The notes under the pieces were generated by a model. That model saw only the letters and a list, made by a program, of their open reading frames with translations, was not told the origin of the DNA and made no database searches. Positions 50,768 to 64,000 of a stretch of 64,000 nucleotides of DNA are shown in pieces. This DNA comes from Squalus acanthias (Eukaryota). Both the position numbers and the translations under genes were made by a program. The DNA is taken from positions 119,166,001-119,230,000 of the forward strand of contig CM059431.1 in assembly GCA_030390025.1 (NCBI GenBank). The letters run 5' to 3'. Every line of letters begins with the position of its first letter. Position 1 is the stretch's first letter.

Positions 50768-51988
50768 TTAAATAAATCTGGCCATGATGAGGCCATCCCT
50801 GGCCTCCCGGGCAGCAATGTGCTCGGGTGCTGCTGGCATCTGGACCTCAGGTACCTCCTGCTCCTCCTCTTCTTCCAGCTGATGCTAATGCTCCTCCTTC
50901 ACCTCTGAGGCTGTGTGCTCAGTGCCTTGCTCCTCATGCAGCGTTAATCCTCGCTGCTGCGCTATGTTGTGCAGGGCACAGCAGACGACAGGGATTCTGG
51001 ATACCATGGCTGGTGCATACTGAGGGGCTCCTCCAGATCTGTCAAGGCATCTGAAGTGCATTTTCAGCATGCCTATTGTTTGCTCTATGACACATCTGGT
51101 GGCTTTCATGATATCTCTCCTCAGCCTCAGTACATGGTCTCCTCAAGGGTGTCATGAGCCACGTCTTCAGAGGATAGCCCTTGTAACCAAGCAGCCAGTT
51201 GGTAAGTCTGTTTGGCGGTGCGAAGAGCTGAGGGAGAGTGGACTGGCGCAGGACAAAAGAGTCATGACAGCTGCCAGGGTATTTGGCACACGCAGTCATA
51301 ATCATCTTTTTATGGTTGCAGATGAGCTGCACATTGAGGGAGTGGAACCCTTGTGGTTGACAAAGACTCCTGAGTTATGATAGGGTGCGCTGATGGCCAC
51401 ATGTGTGCAGTCGATGATGCCCTGCACCCGTGGGAAGCCAGCCAGAGCAGCAAAGCCGAGCGCCCGCTGAGTAACACTGGCTTCATCAGTGTCAAAATTG
51501 ATATAATTGGCTGACTTGTCAAACATGGCATCGGTGACCTGTGTGATACATCTATGGGCAACCGACTGTGAGATCCTACAAATGTCTGCTGCAGATCCCT
51601 GGCAGTACTCTGAGGCGAAGAAGTTGAAGGCACTGGTGACTTTGACAGCCACTGGTAAGGCGTGTCCATCAGGTCCTCTGGGCTGCAGGTCTTGCTCCAG
51701 CAAACTGTAAATGTCTGCGACAACCTGGCGCAATGGCCTGTGCCTCCTTTGGCACTGCTGCTCAGTCATGTTGAGGAAGCTTATCCTCTGCCTATATACC
51801 CTGTGTTGGGGGTATCGCCTCTGGCGCGGTGCAGCCCTGCGCTGATGCCCTCTGTCCTGTGGAGCATCAGGTCGTTGAGGAGAAGGTTGTTGGTGCTGCT
51901 GCTGCTGGTGTGCCTGCTGCTGCCCGTGTTGGGGCTCATCCTGGTCCTATTCTGAGGACCAGGGTGAGACAGTATAAAAGGCGTCCAT
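50768..51988 (-). pseudogene. HARBI1-like DDE transposase, frameshifted
   Basis: [31 protein letters not shown] (expected GDxGY, D>Y), [26 protein letters not shown] across shifted frames. Confidence 0.92.
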
Positions 51989-53529
51989 GCTGATGTAATA
52001 GATGGCAGGTCAAGTAGAGATCAGAGGACCAATCTGGCAATGGAGTGATAGATAGTAGCAATGCGGTGAGAGTGACTTCGAATCTGCAGAAAAGATTTGC
52101 AAAGTGTAGTCACCTAAATCTGTGCTCAAAATGCACTCAGCAGGAGCCTTTCCCTTAGGCAAGTAAACAGATGTCATGTGGCAGTATTTTTTGTGCTTTC
52201 CATGCTCTGCAGTAATGACCTCGATCAATGGCCACTGAACTTCCACCTCAGCTTGACAGACATGGATCCCGAGCTGCGTGATTCCCGTGGTTAGGCAGTG
52301 AAATTGAAAAGGTCTGATTAAAAGCACTGTTATGGGTCTGACAACAAGGTAGTAATCAAATAAATTAGGTTGCCCGCCTCTGCTGTTTGGGTCCGTGCCA
52401 CACTGGCAAATGTGCCCGAGTTAAAGACGCTCCCATTTATTGCGAATTTTACTCCCGGCCCATCTCCAATCCCACCTGCACGGCACCATAAAAATTCCGG
52501 CCAACATTTCAGGTCTTAGGACCCTGATTTAAATATAGTAAAGAGGCTCCCGCGAGAGCGTGGCTGCCCAAATTGAGGCCAACTCCAAAAATGTATTGAG
52601 GAGTCTTGGGCGGCAAGTGAGCAGTAGATTTTCTTTACATTTTCGTCTCACTGCTGCCTCATTTATGCTGAAAAATGGGGCGATTGTGAGATGAAAAATC
52701 ACTCCATTGTCTACTGGCTTTGGCCAATCAGATTGCTGCTTTTGTTCCATCTATTAATGTATTTTGTTTGTACATCTTGGTGTAATCTTATACGTAAGTT
52801 ATGCAACAACATTGTAGACAGAAATTTTTAAGCCTATGATACAATTTTATAAAATTTAACAGGCTAACTTCAGGTGAAAATTCGGCTGAAAAATGTACGA
52901 TAAAACTAAACAGTAGCCATCTTTTAGCCAACAACTTATGTGAACATGGAAAATAAACATTACTGATCTTCAACAAGCAAAAGTACAACACTTATCCAAT
53001 GTTACTGGTTTGTAATCAAGAATTGTTTTCATTGCAAGATGATATCCCATTGAGAAATGTGCACTATATATGCACAGATGTCATAACACTCAATGTTTTC
53101 TCCTAGATGTCACTTGGAGGGTAACATCTGGATTGTATTCCAGTGGCTGTCATCATCTATGCTCTAGGCAAGGCAAGATGTTAATTAATTTCTCCAAGGA
53201 ATAGACATGAATTAACCTCAAAAGGGAAATTAAAGCAATATATGCAGATTAGAAATCTGTGGTACAAAAGCAATTGAATCCCACTCCATAATTATGCTAC
53301 GATGACAAAATAATAATTGCATAATAATAGTTTACTAGTGTAATTGATCTGCTTTTGGGGATAATGTCAAGATTTCTTTCACCTGTCTGTGGAAGTTAAA
53401 GAGTGGCGACTGATGCAAGCAGAAATAAATTAACTCAAAGAGGTTCTGATGATGTTGTGAAGTAGGATAGGACTTCTCTTGCTGTTCATAGCCAGAGGCT
53501 TTGCTGCCCCTATTAGAACAAAGATGATT

Positions 53530-54255
53530 GCCCAGATTTTACGGTGCGCGTACGCTGTCGGACCCTTCAGAACGGCCCCGCAAGCTCCGGGTTTCCACAC
53601 GCGCTGCGCACGCGCGAAAACCCGGAACTTACGATCTGTCAAGTTTCGCTTGGACAGGTCCACCGCATCCGCTACAAAATCACTTTCGCTGGTACAGAGT
53701 TGGGTTATTTGCCCAACTACTGCCCAGCGAATGCCCACAAAATCCTTACGCCTGCTAAAAGGAGGCGTAAGGCCTTCTTTTACCAGCGTTAGAGTTAAAA
53801 TAAATGTTAAAATACATTTTTTTAAATGATTTAAACATACACATACATATAAAATTAGTTTAGGTACATTTTGGCCCATTTTAAAATGTTTAAATTCATT
53901 TTTCAAAAAATAAATTTTTTATTTTAAATGCTTAATTAAAAGGGTCTTTTAATTAATTTTGAACATGGGATCATTTATTTTTATTTAAGTGGTGTGAATT
54001 CTTACTTATTTGGGGATTTCTATTATGCTTATGAGGATTCTGTATATAAATGGAATCCCCATAAGCATCATAGGAATCCCCCTTTTTGATTGGTTGGCCT
54101 GCCCCACGTGATCCCTGGGATGCTTATGAGCTGCCTGCGCCGCTGGAATCCGTGGGCCTTGACGCAGGCATATGCCTACAGGCCCAGGACACGAATGGCT
54201 CGATTTTCCCAGCCCCGAGGAGGCGGGTTTGGAGGCGTGCGAGTTGTTAAAATCG
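53530..54255 (+). mobile_element. MITE related to family B
   Basis: GC-rich ends with AT core; gattggttggcctgccccacgtgatccctggg shared with the copies at 15.4 and 27.2 kb; right TIR unclear. Confidence 0.6.
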
Positions 54256-54698
54256 CTAAAACTGGCGGGCGGGCCCGTTCCCGCCTCCATCCCGCCTCCG
54301 AGCAATTTTCCCAAGTGCGTGTTTTCTGACCCGCTTTCCATCCCGCCTCCAAGAGGTGGGATAGGTCCTTAAGGCCCTTAACAACCACTTAATTGCCTCT
54401 ATAATCCCATTTTGAGAGGCCTTTCCGATTTTAACACATTTCCCCCATCCTACACGCCTCCTCTGGAACACGGCAGGTAATCCTGGCGGCCTCACTAGTG
54501 GATTGCTTACGAACAGCTGCAGCTCCACCATTACAAAGGAGTTTTCACCAATGATCATTTGCAGGTGGCAGATCTTTGTTGTTTCAGGTCTGGGGGAACT
54601 TTTAGCAGGCATACTCAGTGTTGTGGAAGTTTGGAGCCTGACACCCATCTCCAGTGTGACCTCCTGGGAAACCCCTCTCCCCACCTTGACTAAGCGCT

Positions 54699-56671
54699 TA
54701 GAAACATAGAAGATAGGAGCAGGAGTAGGCCATTCGGCCCCTCGAGCCTGCTCCGCCATTCGATGAGATCATGGCTGATCATCCAAACTCAGTACCCTGT
54801 ACCTGCCTTCTCCCCATATCCCTTGATACCTTTAGCTTTAAGAAATATATCTAACTCATTCATGAATATATTTAATGACTTGGCCTCAACTACCTTCTGT
54901 GGTAGAGAATTCCACAGGTTCACCAATCTCTGGGTGAAGAAATTCCTCCTCATTTCTGTCCTAAATGGCTTACCTCTTATCCTTAGATTATGACCCCTGG
55001 TTCTGGACTCTCCGACCATCGGGAACATTCTTCCTGCATCTAGTTTGTCCAGACCTGTCAGAATTTTATATGTTTCGATGAGATCCCCTCTCATTCTTCT
55101 ATACTCCAGCGAGTATAAGCCCAATCGACCCAATCTCTCCTCATATGTCATTCCTGCCATCCCAGGTATCAGCCTTGTGAATCTTCGCTGAACTCCCTCC
55201 ATGGCAAGACCATCCTTCCTCAGATAAGGCGACCAAAACTGCACACAATACTCAAGGTGTGGTCTCACCAAAGCCCTGTACAACTGCAGCAGGACATCCC
55301 TGTTCCTATACTCAAACCCTTTCGCTATGAAGGCCAACATACCATTTGCCTTCTTCACCGCCTGCTGCACCTGCATGCTTACCTTCAGCGACTGGTGCAC
55401 AAGGACACCCAGGTCTCGTTGCACTTCCCCTTCTCCCAATCTATTGCCATTCAGATAATAGTCTGCCTTTCTGTTTTTGACACCAAAGTGGATAACCTCG
55501 CATTTATCCACATTATATTGCATCTGCGACGCTTCTGCCCACTCACCCAACCTGTCCAAATCATCCTGGAGTTTCTTGGTATCCTCCTTGCAGCACACAC
55601 TCCCACCCAGCTTTGTGTCATCTGCAAACTTGGAGATATTACATTTAGTTCCCTTATCTAGATCATTAATGTATATTGTGAATAGCTGGGGTCCAAGGAC
55701 TGATCCCTGCGGTACCCCACTAGTCACTGCTTGCCACTCGGAAAAAGACCCATTAATTCCTACTCTTTGCTTTCTGTCCGCCAACCAGTTCTCTATCCAA
55801 GTCAATACCTTGCCCCCAATCCCATGTGCCTTAACTTTACACGCTAATCTCTTATGCGGGACCTTATCGAAAGCCTTTTGAAAGTCCAAATACACCACAT
55901 CTACTGGTTCTCCCTTATCTATTTTCCCAGTTACATCCTCAAAAAATTCCATTAGATTAGTCAAGCACGATTAGACCTTTTGTAAATCCATGTTGACTTT
56001 GTCCGATCCTGTAACTGTTTTTCAAGTGCTCAGCTATGACATCCTTTATAATGGACTCTAGCATTTTTCCCACTACCGATGTCACGCGATGTCTGTAATT
56101 CCCCGCTTTCTCTCTACCACCCTTTTTGAATAGTGGGGTAACATTAGCTACCCTCCAATCCATGGGTACAGTTCCAGTTTCCATCGAATGTTGGAAGATG
56201 ATCAGCAATGCATCTACTATTTCTAGGGCCACTTCCTTAAGTACCCTAGGATGTAGATTATCAGGCCCTGGGGAATTATCGGCCTTCAATTCCGTCAATT
56301 TCCCTAACACCATTTCCCTGCAAATACTGATTTCTTTCAGTTCCTCCCTTTCATCAGACCGTATGTTCTCCAACATCTCTGGGAGGTTATTTGTTTCCTC
56401 CTTTATGAAGACAGAACCAAAATATGCATTTAATTGGTCTGCCATTTCTCTGTTCCCCATTATAACTTCCCCCGCTTCTGACTGCAAGGGACCTACACTT
56501 GATTTCACTAATCTTTTTCTCTTCACATATCTATAAAAACTCTTAGTCAGTTTTTATGTTCCCTCCAATCTTACTTTCATATTCTATTTTCCCCTTCTTA
56601 ATTAATCCCTTTGTCCTCCTTTGTTTAATCCTAAACTGCTCCCAATCCTCAGGGTTACCACTTTTTCTGGC
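54699..56671 (-). mobile_element. CR1 LINE, 5'-truncated, nearly intact RT region
   Basis: ORFs 55957-56526 and 54789-55964: LDFQKAFDKVPH, GVPQGSVLGP, FADDTK; frameshift between them. Confidence 0.95.
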
Positions 56672-57263
56672 TTCCTCAACTGAGGCATATACCAGAAGCA
56701 TGGCAAACATTTAATTCCTTTCCTCCTGGACATCAGATTCGGATGAAGACCAGCCGCGGCAGCAGCAGAACCATGAGCAACAGCAGCACCAACAGCAGGA
56801 GCATCAACAGGAGCACTAAGCTGCTAGTCACCCCTGAAGATGCACAGGCCAGAAGGCGCCAGAGTGCCACCATATTGCTGCCTGGGATGCAAGGGATGCA
56901 CTCATGTTGGTCACATTTGCTTAGCCTGCACAATCAAACAGTTTAGCCTCGCACCTTCTTACCAGAGCATCGACAATGGACAAGAACTTACGGATTCCTC
57001 TCACTCTGACCATCAAACTGACAATTGCAAGTCGCCCTTAGCCCTCAATTTAGAAGTCCCATTAGCAAAATGACACACACCACAACTGCAACAGTTTGCC
57101 ATCAGAATTTTTTATGACAATAAGCAACTGATGGCTTCTCAAAATTAAACACACATTACACCCAAGTGACAACCCTTTTGACTACTTGTGCATTATCTTC
57201 CTCTTACGCATGCTCCTACGTGGTGCTTCCCCTGTGGCTTCAGCAGATGTGGAGGCCCCTTGC

Positions 57264-59169
57264 TCACTTTCTTGCTGCTCCTGTCTCGACACCTTTGGTG
57301 GCCGTCCTCTGGGGTTGCGAACCTATGAGGACTTGGCAACAGTCTGCTGCTCCTGCGGACTGTGCAGGGGTTGAGACGCTGATCTCAGTTGGGTGGGGAC
57401 TCTGGTGGGGCTCTGACCGAGGGCTCTGCAGTGGCATGGTCGTGTGAGCGCTTGGAGAGGAGCCCCCACTTCCTTGTTGTATGCCACCAACATCCCTCTC
57501 ATGGGTCAGCCCCACTTCAGAGCTAGCAAGTGGCTGGACAGCACCTTGCTGCACTGCAGGGGGGCCATGAGGACCCGTTTCTGCACTGGAAGTCCTACTC
57601 CAGAAGACTTGCATGAAGGTCTGGTTTGTTTGCTCAATAGCTGACCATCGCTCCTCAAGAGATGTCAGTCTATTCTGAAAAATTACCGTGTTTTCCATAC
57701 CCTGGCGACTAAGCTCCTCCATGGACTTAGCCATCCTCTCCTCTACCGTCGCCATCCTCTCCTCTACGGCAGCTAGCCTTACCATGGAGGTAGCCATCCT
57801 TTCCACGGAGGTTGCCATCCTTTCCGCGGTGATGCGTTCATGCGCCAATGCCTCCACAAAGGCTCTGCTCATGTTCGCGATGGACTCCTCCATTCGCTCC
57901 ACACTCGCAGAGACGCTGGAGACAAAACCTGCCAGAGACTCCTGCACCTGTTCCTGGAGTTCAAGCACTGCTCTCCTTCTGGATGGACCCGGAGGCACAG
58001 GGTCGACATGCAGCTGAGCCGAGCTGGCAGAGTCCTGTGCCCTCCGACGAGGACTCTCCACTGCTGTCCCTGTCTCCACCATCTGCTGATGCTCACTTGT
58101 GAGCTGTGATACACCAGGTGACAATACTACTCTATCTCGCGAAGGTCCCACTGAGGTGTGAGTGTCTGTGCTGGTGCTGCGTGCTATGAATTCTGCTGAC
58201 GCTGCGCCCTCAGAAGTTGCAGCTTCCTCTGAGGAGTCTGGAAGCTCAGGCTCTTCCTCCTGGACAGTGGGTACGGGGGCTCTCGATGGTCCTGTGGGGG
58301 AGTAAAGGAAAGAGTTAGAGATGTGAGGTCAAGGTTACACGAAGATTGAAAAGTGCAGATGATCATAAGTCAATCTGTTAGAGCATCAGATTCATTATCA
58401 GTGACTCATGCAATGCCAATGAGAGAGATGCCAAACTATTCTGTCACCAGCTTTCTGTGATGCGCCCATCTGTCCGTCCCCCACTTGGGAATCCTCCTCG
58501 ATTCTGGCGATCTCCAGGGCCACCTCCTCCCAGGGGGTGAGCTGGGCTACTGAGGGTGGCCCTCCTCCTGTCATGGCTCTTTCATTCTTATTGTGGGCTC
58601 TCTTTTCCTGCAATGAGGGACACAAGTGGAGTTTGAGTGAGAATGAAGGAGTGAGTGTAGAGAATCCATAGCATAGATGCTTAGAAGGATACAAAGGACC
58701 CTCCCTGTGTGCTGAAAGTTGTTGTTGTCATGGCATCACAGTGATAGGGAGTGTGAGGGCTGCATGGTCGAATAGTTAAGTGAACGTGACCGTAGAGAGA
58801 GAGGGAATGGGTAAGGGTGCAGGCATATAAGTGTCAAGTGGCATGTGGAAGAAGAGGTTGGCAAAGCAGAGTGCTGGTGAGGAGAGGCGATGGGGATCAG
58901 ATTGAGGGTGATGGGAAAGTCATACTCACTTTTCCTGTTCGGAGAAGCTCATGAAACCTCTTCCTGCATTGCAGCCAGGTTCTGCGGCTCAGCGAGATGC
59001 AGCTGACCTCCTGGGCCACTTGCAGCCACACAGCTTTTGTCTGCTGGGGTGGCTTTTTTCTCCCTGAGGAAGGGAACAGCAGCTGCTTCCTGGATCTCGC
59101 TCCCTCCACCAGAGCTTGGAGGGAGGGCTCATCAAAGCGTGGAGCACACTTTGGCCTACTGCTGGACAT
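57264..59169 (-). CDS. Harbinger Myb/SANT-like coiled-coil protein, spliced ORF of 475 aa
   Basis: Exons 59169-58930, 58607-58448, 58291-57264 with GT-AG sites and matching phases (0, 1); no stop before 57266; tail appears frameshifted. Confidence 0.75.
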
Positions 59170-59509
59170 AGTTGATGAAGAAGGCGAAGACAGCAATGGC
59201 CATAAAGGTTGCAGTCTCCAGAAGAAGCAAGGCCTTAAATCCAGCTGCATTGATGACATCATTGGAGGCGACTTTCTGTCTGAAAAGACTCATTGGGCCA
59301 GGGGTTCCCACACACAGGAAATCAATTGGCCAATTAGGGGAAAATCCCACTTTTTCAGCACTTCAATTAGGAGTCGGGGTCCTGGCACGATTTCCACCTG
59401 ACACGCTCCAGCCCGCCCACACTGACAAAATCCAGCACGAAGAGTCTGAAGCTCTGGAGACACCAGGTAAGTTTGTATTTTTTTTTTGGTTCAGAGGCGT
59501 ATGCAAGCC

Positions 59510-60410
59510 TTGGACCACAATTTCCGGGCCGACATTTTTTTCTACTGAAAATGCACAGTAGCCAAAAATCCCGTTTACCCTCCTCAAAATTCACCTTTCT
59601 GAGAAATTTCAGCACACTGACAATTTACAAGCCTCTAAATCTGAACCGGCCAATCGGTTCACGGAAATCAGAGGAGATTGACCAAAATCTGTTAAAACTA
59701 TAGATAAGGGAGTAGAGTTTCCGCTTTGAGCGCAATCGCCGATTCCGGTGCAAATTGCATCCAAATTGCGCCCATTTTGAAAAGTGTTTTTTCTTCCTGA
59801 GTTTCTGCTCAAAATCATTTGCATATCGCCGATCGTAAAATCTGCCATGAACCAGCGCAATCGGCCAACGTTTTAAAACTTAATTTAAAAAAAAATGTTC
59901 TTTCAAAAAATATTCCTTGCTATATTTAAAAATGGTAACTTGGTAAAGTTTGATTCATGCAGCTGAAAATAGTTTATCACAAAAAAAAGCATTTTTAGTC
60001 ACAGTGTCAATCCACCACTTGAGTTACCCAATGTTAAATTACTTAAATGACTTTTTAAAAATATCCAAAACTATTTTCTAACTATATTGGTGTACAGTAG
60101 TCAGTTCCTTAGTAATTTTTTTAAAATTACATTCAAAACCTTTAAAATTAGTGTTCATGCGCCCAAAAGATCCAGCTTAATTCTTGAAGACTCCTCGAAG
60201 GCCTGCAAATGAGCGTAATAAGCAGAAAATCTCAACGGTAATGAATCCAACTGGGGGCATGTACAGTTTTGTGGGTGGGAACTGTTTCGAGCGCAATTTA
60301 AAAAAAATAGCATGGAAACTCGATTTGCACTGAACGCAATTTGCGTTTAAAATTCCACGATCTTTTGCGCCGATTTCGGGCGAATTGTGCCAAAAAAAAT
60401 GCCCAACTGA
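59510..60410. mobile_element. Probable non-autonomous DNA element
   Basis: CpG-rich ends with AT-rich core, as in the other MITEs; TIRs not clear. Confidence 0.35.
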
Positions 60411-60854
60411 GCCAGGGTCTGTACATCTAATAGAGTCTTTTTATTCATTCTATAGGTCCAGGAATAGACTCACCCCCAAACAATATTTGTTTGCTGGAAA
60501 ATGAGGGAGGGAAAGTAACAACTGACAAAACTGAAAACTACCACTAGTCAGGAAAAATGGGACAAGCTTTTATTGACTGCTTCACCAGGCATTCCCATAT
60601 GATCAGGGACTCTAGATTGGTATTACAGTTTCAAGTGAACCAGAGAATTGTTAGTGGATCAGAACTCTTAAACATAGAGAAGGGCTGAGCAGGTTAGGGT
60701 AAAATGTAATCCTAAAATTTGTCATTTGTATACTGTTTGGAGTTAACTGTGGGTTGTCAAAAGCTTTGGGAGTATTTACTTCTTGGTTTACTAATAATTT
60801 TGGTAGTTTTCAGTCTTTGGGCTAAAATGTAGGCTCTCTCTCCCGCACAATGGG

Positions 60855-63058
60855 AGCAGCATGCTATAGACAGAGCTAAGTAATCCCACAACCAACAGAT
60901 CAGATAAAAGCACTGCAGTCCTGCCACATCTAGTCGTGAATGGTGGTGGACAATTAAACAACTAATGGGTGGAGGAGGCTCCATGAACATCCCCATCCTC
61001 AATGATAGCAGAGCCCAGCATATGAGAGCAAAAGACAAGGCTGAAGCATTTGCAATCATCTTCAGCCAGAGGTGCCGAGAGCAGAAGCCAGTCTTAAGCC
61101 AATTCAATTCACTCCACGTGATATCAAGAAATGGCTCAGTGCACTGGATACAGCAAAGGCTATGGGCTCCAGAATTAGCTGCGCCTCTAGCCAAGCTGTT
61201 CCGCTACAGCTACAACACTGCCATCTACATGACAAAGTGGAAAATTGCCTAGGTATGTCCTGTCCACAAAATAAACCAGGACAATTCCAATCTAATTACT
61301 ACCCCATCAGTCTACTCTCAATCATCAGCAAAGTGATGGAAGGTGTCGTCGACAGTGCTATCAAGTGGCACTTACTCACCAATAACCTGCTCACTGATGC
61401 TCAGTTTGGGTACCGCCAGGACCACTCGACTCCAGACCTCATTACAGCCTTGGTTCAAACATGGACAAAAGAGCTGAATTCCAGAGGTGAGGTGAGAGTG
61501 ACTGTCCTTGACATCAAGGTAGTATTTGACCGACTGTGGCATCAAGGAACGCTAGTAAAACTGAAGTCAATGGGAATCAGGGGGAAAACTCTCCACTGGC
61601 TGGAGTTATACCTAGCACAAAGGAAGATGGTTGTGGTAGTTGGAGCCCAATCATCTCAACCCCATGACATCGCTGCAGGAGTTCCTCAGGGCAGTGTCCT
61701 AGGTCCAACCATTTTCAGCTGCTTCATCAATGACCTTTCCTCCATCATAAGTGCAGAAGTGGGGATGTTCACTGATGATTGCACAGTATTCAGTTCCATT
61801 CCCAACTCTTCAGATAATGAAGCAGTTCATGCCTGCATGCAACAAGACCTGGACAACGTTCAGGCTTGGACTGATAAGTGGCAAGTAACAGTCATGCCAC
61901 ACAAGTGCCAGGCAATGACCATTTCCAACAAGAGGTAGTGTAACCACCTCCCCATGACATTAATTTGCATTACCATCATCAAATCCACCACCATCAACAT
62001 CCTGGGGGTTGCTGTTAACCAGAAACTTAACTGGAGCAGCCACATAAATACTGTGGCAACAAGAGTAGGTCAGAGGCTGGGTATTTTCCGGCGGGTTCGA
62101 ATCTGACCTCGGGTAACTGTCTGTGTGGAGTTTGCACATTCTCCCCGTGTCTGCGTGGGTTTCCTCCGGGTGCTCCGGTTTCCTCCCACAGTCCAAAAAT
62201 GTGCGGGTTAGGTTGATTTGGTTATGATAAATTGACCCTTAGTGTTAGGGGGGGATTAAATATGTGGGGTTATGGGGATAGGATGGGATATGTTAGGGGG
62301 AATTAAATACGTGGGGTTACGGGGATAGGGTGGGATCGGTGCAGGCTCGATGTGGGGATTCTGTGTGAGAGGGTAGGGACAGGGTACTGGATTTGGATGA
62401 TCAGCCATGATCGTATTGAATGGTGGCGCAGGCTCGACGGGCCGAATGGCCTACTCCTGCTCCTAGTTTCTATGTTTCTATGTTTCTATCTCTTGACTCC
62501 CCAAATTCTTTCCACCACCTACAAGGCACAAGTTAGGAGTGTGATGGAATATTCTCAACTTGCCTGGATGAGTGCAGTTCCAACAACACTCAAGAAACTC
62601 AACACCATCCAGAACAAAGCAGCCCGCTTGATTGGCACCCCATCCAACACATTAAACATTCACTCTCTCCACCACTGGTGCACCATGGCTGCAGTGTGTA
62701 CCATCTACAAGATGCACTGCAGCAACTTGCCAAGGCTTCATCGACAGCACCTCCTCAACCCGAATGACCTCTGCCACCTAGAAGGACAAGGGCAGCAGAC
62801 GCATGGCAACACCATCACCTCCAAGTTCCCCTCCAAGTCACACACCATCCTGACTTGGAAATATATCGCTGTTTCTTCATCGTCACTGGGTCAAAATCCT
62901 GGAACTCCCTACCTAACAACACTGTGGGAGTACCTTCACCACGCGGACTGCAGCGGTTCAAGAAGGTGGCTCACCACCACCTTAAAGGAGCAGTTAGGAA
63001 TGGGCAATAAATGCTGGCCTTGCCAGTGATGTCCATATCCCATAAATGAATAAAAAAA
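60855..63058 (+). mobile_element. CR1-group (L2/Crack-like) LINE, RT region to A-tail, interrupted by a SINE
   Basis: YYPISLLSIISK, LDIKVVFD, GVPQGSVLGP, FTDD; tail gaataaaaaaa. Confidence 0.92.
62092..62489 (+). mobile_element. HE1-like V-SINE, 5'-truncated variant
   Basis: Starts at the B-box; V-domain and CR1 tail present. Confidence 0.9.
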
Positions 63059-63789
63059 GGACAACCAATGAAAAGGAAGAAGCATTCATCTTTTTGATCA
63101 GCGTTGAAGTATAATTAGAAGGCAGCGAAGCAAAGCCAGATATTTATTTTAAAAATGCTGTAGAATTGGGTAATCCAGAGTGAAGAAAGCGAGCTTTACA
63201 AGGGAGGAAATGTAAGACTTTCTGTAAGCACTCAGAGATTCATGGCCACAAGCACCCTCAGAAGCACTTGATGCATGAGGACTGAGAAGAGGTAGCTGAA
63301 AGGCAATATCTGTTAGCCTCCACATGTGTCTGACTCACTTGGTTGGCCTTTTCAAAGCACAGCCCAAGGAGCTCTAGCACCATGTGAATCTCAGCAGGCT
63401 GCCAGTGAAAGCTTGCAGCCAACCAGCATACATACTTCTTCCACTAAGAAATCAATTTGAAGAAGTTGTAGGCTAGGTTTTAGACATCACACACAATCTA
63501 CCAGCACAATGGGGAAGCACTGTGGGCAAAGCATTTTGACATCATTCACAAAGCACTCAAATTAATTAAATAAATTTGATGTACTTGATTTATACATTGT
63601 CTTTGTTACTGTACAGAATAATGCAGCACTATAACAAACAATGGGTAGTGATGACACTGTTGCTAAAGGTATTTTGAACCACTTTTATGGTACATGTGGG
63701 CAGCTCATGAATTTAGCTAAAAATATCTTGTAGAAGCATCTTGCACACCAGTCTTCCAGATTACTCTGATATTTTAGGAACTACCACTT

Positions 63790-64000
63790 TATTTCCATTG
63801 TCTCCCTCCTGTGCTGGCTCGCTTTCTGGATTCTTTTCTTCCTCTTCGATGGTTTAGGACTCTTTGAACAGCAAAGTTATGGAGAATGCAACGCGCAGCA
63901 ATGGCCCAATGGCTTGTTAGACTCACCGTGGCAAAATCCTAGACTGATCGGAATCTCAGTAAAGTTCCTCAGCTTTGCAAATATTGCTGAAGCTTCTTGC
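63790..64000 (-). pseudogene. C-terminal remnant of a divergent Harbinger-like transposase
   Basis: WAIAARCILHNFAVQR resembles the family's CCxLHN motif; followed by a charged tail. Confidence 0.45.

Larger units (their letters stand above)
48232..52502. mobile_element. Full-length two-gene PIF/Harbinger transposon (defective)
   Basis: TIR GGGCGGAATTTT/GGCCGGAATTTT; convergent Myb/SANT (+) and transposase (-) genes; inserted in a Penelope-like repeat at GTT/AAC. Confidence 0.9.
54260..59438. mobile_element. Transposase-deleted Harbinger retaining the Myb gene, with CR1 insertion
   Basis: Fused transposase ends (+, ~56700-56925); Myb gene (-); degenerate TIR AAAATCCAGCAC at the right end; left end approximate. 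Confidence 0.7.

Noticed and set aside
50768..51988. Host HARBI1 gene
   Set aside because: Frameshifted, has a catalytic-motif substitution, and lies within TIRs beside a Myb partner gene
63925..64000. Host exon with a strong donor (ACG|GTGAGT) on the minus strand
   Set aside because: Sequence past the donor encodes a CILHNF motif, better explained as a transposase remnant; truncated by the window edge

Overview
Gene-poor, repeat-saturated vertebrate DNA. The repeat set (CR1/HER1-type LINEs, HE1-like V-SINEs, SacSINE1-like DeuSINEs) points to a cartilaginous fish (inference). No intact host gene is recognisable. The window holds three layers. (1) PIF/Harbinger DNA transposons at several decay stages: one full-length two-gene copy (48232-52502), transposase-deleted derivatives, many MITEs with 3-bp TSDs, and older fossils. 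One derivative keeps an open spliced 475-codon Myb/SANT-coiled-coil frame (59169-57264). (2) LINE and SINE fragments, including two SINE families that share 3' tails with LINEs in the same window, plus Penelope-like short repeats carrying minimal hammerhead-ribozyme cores. (3) An unusual decayed Gag element (~32514-35290) with a myristoylation-like start, long coiled coil, overlapping PSAP/PPxY late domains (PSAPPSY), capsid-like region and CCHC knuckle, followed by an in-frame UGA-C and an ORF with no recognisable PR/RT/IN core. Family names come from motif recognition by eye, not database searches. Boundaries without TIRs/TSDs are approximate.
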